This document shows positions 25,634 to 26,586 of a stretch of 26,586 bases of DNA, in pieces; the first letter of the stretch is position 1, and each line of letters begins with the position of its first letter. The DNA is taken from positions 1-26,586 of IMG/VR virus record IMGVR_UViG_3300017774_008677; one strand, 5' to 3'. Source of the stretch: a virus (taxonomy: Duplodnaviria; Caudoviricetes). The position numbers and the translations under genes are program-made. The notes under the pieces were generated by a model. That model was not told the DNA's origin, searched no databases, and saw only the letters and a program-made list of their open reading frames with translations.

Positions 25634-26284
25634 ATGCAGTTTTCTAATAAAAAGCAAAAGGTATCTAATGTTCAAAGAGCTTTAGGTTTAACAGTTGATG
25701 GAAGAGATGGACCTGCAACTTGGGATGCTATAGAACAAGCTATTATAAAATCTAAAGGTAATGAATCTTCTGATAAAGTTCAAACCGAACTAAATACTAT
25801 TACTATGTCAAATAATAATTGGCCAAAACAAAATTACGCTGATATGGTAAAGTTTTATGGTGAAGTTGGAACTAATCAAACATCATTAGTTTTACCGTAT
25901 GAAATGAAATTAGCGTGGGATTTGGATAGTAAAGTTACTAAACTTACCTGCCATAAAAAAGTTAAAGACTCTTTAGAACGCATCTTAAAGAATACACTTG
26001 ATCACTACGGACTAGAAGAAATTAAAAAGTTAAAATTAGACGTCTTTGGTGGGTGTTTAAATGTACGTAAAATGCGCGGAGGTTCATCTTGGAGTATTCA
26101 TTCTTGGGGAGCAGCGATTGATCTTGATCCTGACCGTAATCAATTAAAATGGAATAAGGATAAAGCGTATTTTGCTAAGCCTGAGTATGAGCCGTTCTGG
26201 AAGATTGTAGAGTCAGAGGGATGGATTAGCTTAGGACGAGAAAAAAATTATGATTGGATGCACTTTCAAGCTGCTGAGTTATAA
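25634..26284 (+). CDS. Endolysin: peptidoglycan-binding domain plus M15 peptidase
   Basis: VQRALGLTVDGRDGPAT binding motif; SIHSWGAAID and DWMHFQ zinc ligands. Confidence 0.9.
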   Translation: MQFSNKKQKVSNVQRALGLTVDGRDGPATWDAIEQAIIKSKGNESSDKVQTELNTITMSNNNWPKQNYADMVKFYGEVGTNQTSLVLPYEMKLAWDLDSKVTKLTCHKKVKDSLERILKNTLDHYGLEEIKKLKLDVFGGCLNVRKMRGGSSWSIHSWGAAIDLDPDRNQLKWNKDKAYFAKPEYEPFWKIVESEGWISLGREKNYDWMHFQAAEL

Positions 26285-26312
26285 AATACTACGCTCTTAT
26301 AGCTTGAACTAA

Positions 26313-26330
26313 AAGGAACCATCATATAAT
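26313..26330 (+). promoter_or_regulatory. AAGGAAC-N5-TATAAT promoter-like motif
   Basis: Followed by AAGGT-ATG(26336). Confidence 0.7.
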
Positions 26331-26335
26331 AAGGT

Positions 26336-26554
26336 ATGCATAATATAGATCACCTTAAAAGTTTAATTGGAATCGAACTTGAGGCTTTTGTAATAGAAAT
26401 CAGCGAGCTTAAAAAAAGAGTAGCTGAGCTAGAGCTTAAAAGACAGCCACAGATTATACATAATCAAGACAGCAAAGAATATATCGGTCGATGGATCGAT
26501 AAGAATATTACAGAACGTTCAATGATTACTTGCAATAATAGTGAGCTAATTTAG
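26336..26554 (+). CDS. Hypothetical coiled-coil protein
   Basis: 72-aa ORF after the motif. Confidence 0.65.
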   Translation: MHNIDHLKSLIGIELEAFVIEISELKKRVAELELKRQPQIIHNQDSKEYIGRWIDKNITERSMITCNNSELI

Positions 26555-26586
26555 TATCATTTAAGATTTACGGGCTTGTATTTGAA

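Noticed and set aside
25431-25685. Plus-strand 84-aa ORF and the 28-aa extension of the minus ORF to 25675
   Set aside because: Antisense shadow; the extension would overlap the endolysin start and ignore the promoter-linked ATG 25591.

Overview
AT-rich segment of a T4-like (myovirus) phage genome. Spanins indicate a diderm host. Left to right it contains: a partial tail sheath gene; a gp3-like tail terminator; a large terminase encoded in two pieces joined by an atypically split intein; putative head/internal proteins; a gp14-like neck protein; and an accessory virion-fibre block. That block has two genes sharing a duplicated promoter and N-terminal anchor: a Cys/Ser/Gly-rich beta-roll fibre, and an anchor ORF joined to a trypsin-like protease ORF only via a -1 shift at a T9 run. 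A glycosyltransferase and a sulfotransferase lie between them. Further right are PD-(D/E)XK nucleases, a three-gene NDP-rhamnose pathway lacking rmlC, small early/middle genes and a lysis cassette. I saw no convincing Shine-Dalgarno sites. Instead two promoter-like motifs recur a few nt before ATG: NNTAAATA (late-type) and AAGGAAC-N5-TATAAT. All calls are by eye from motifs; no searches were run.
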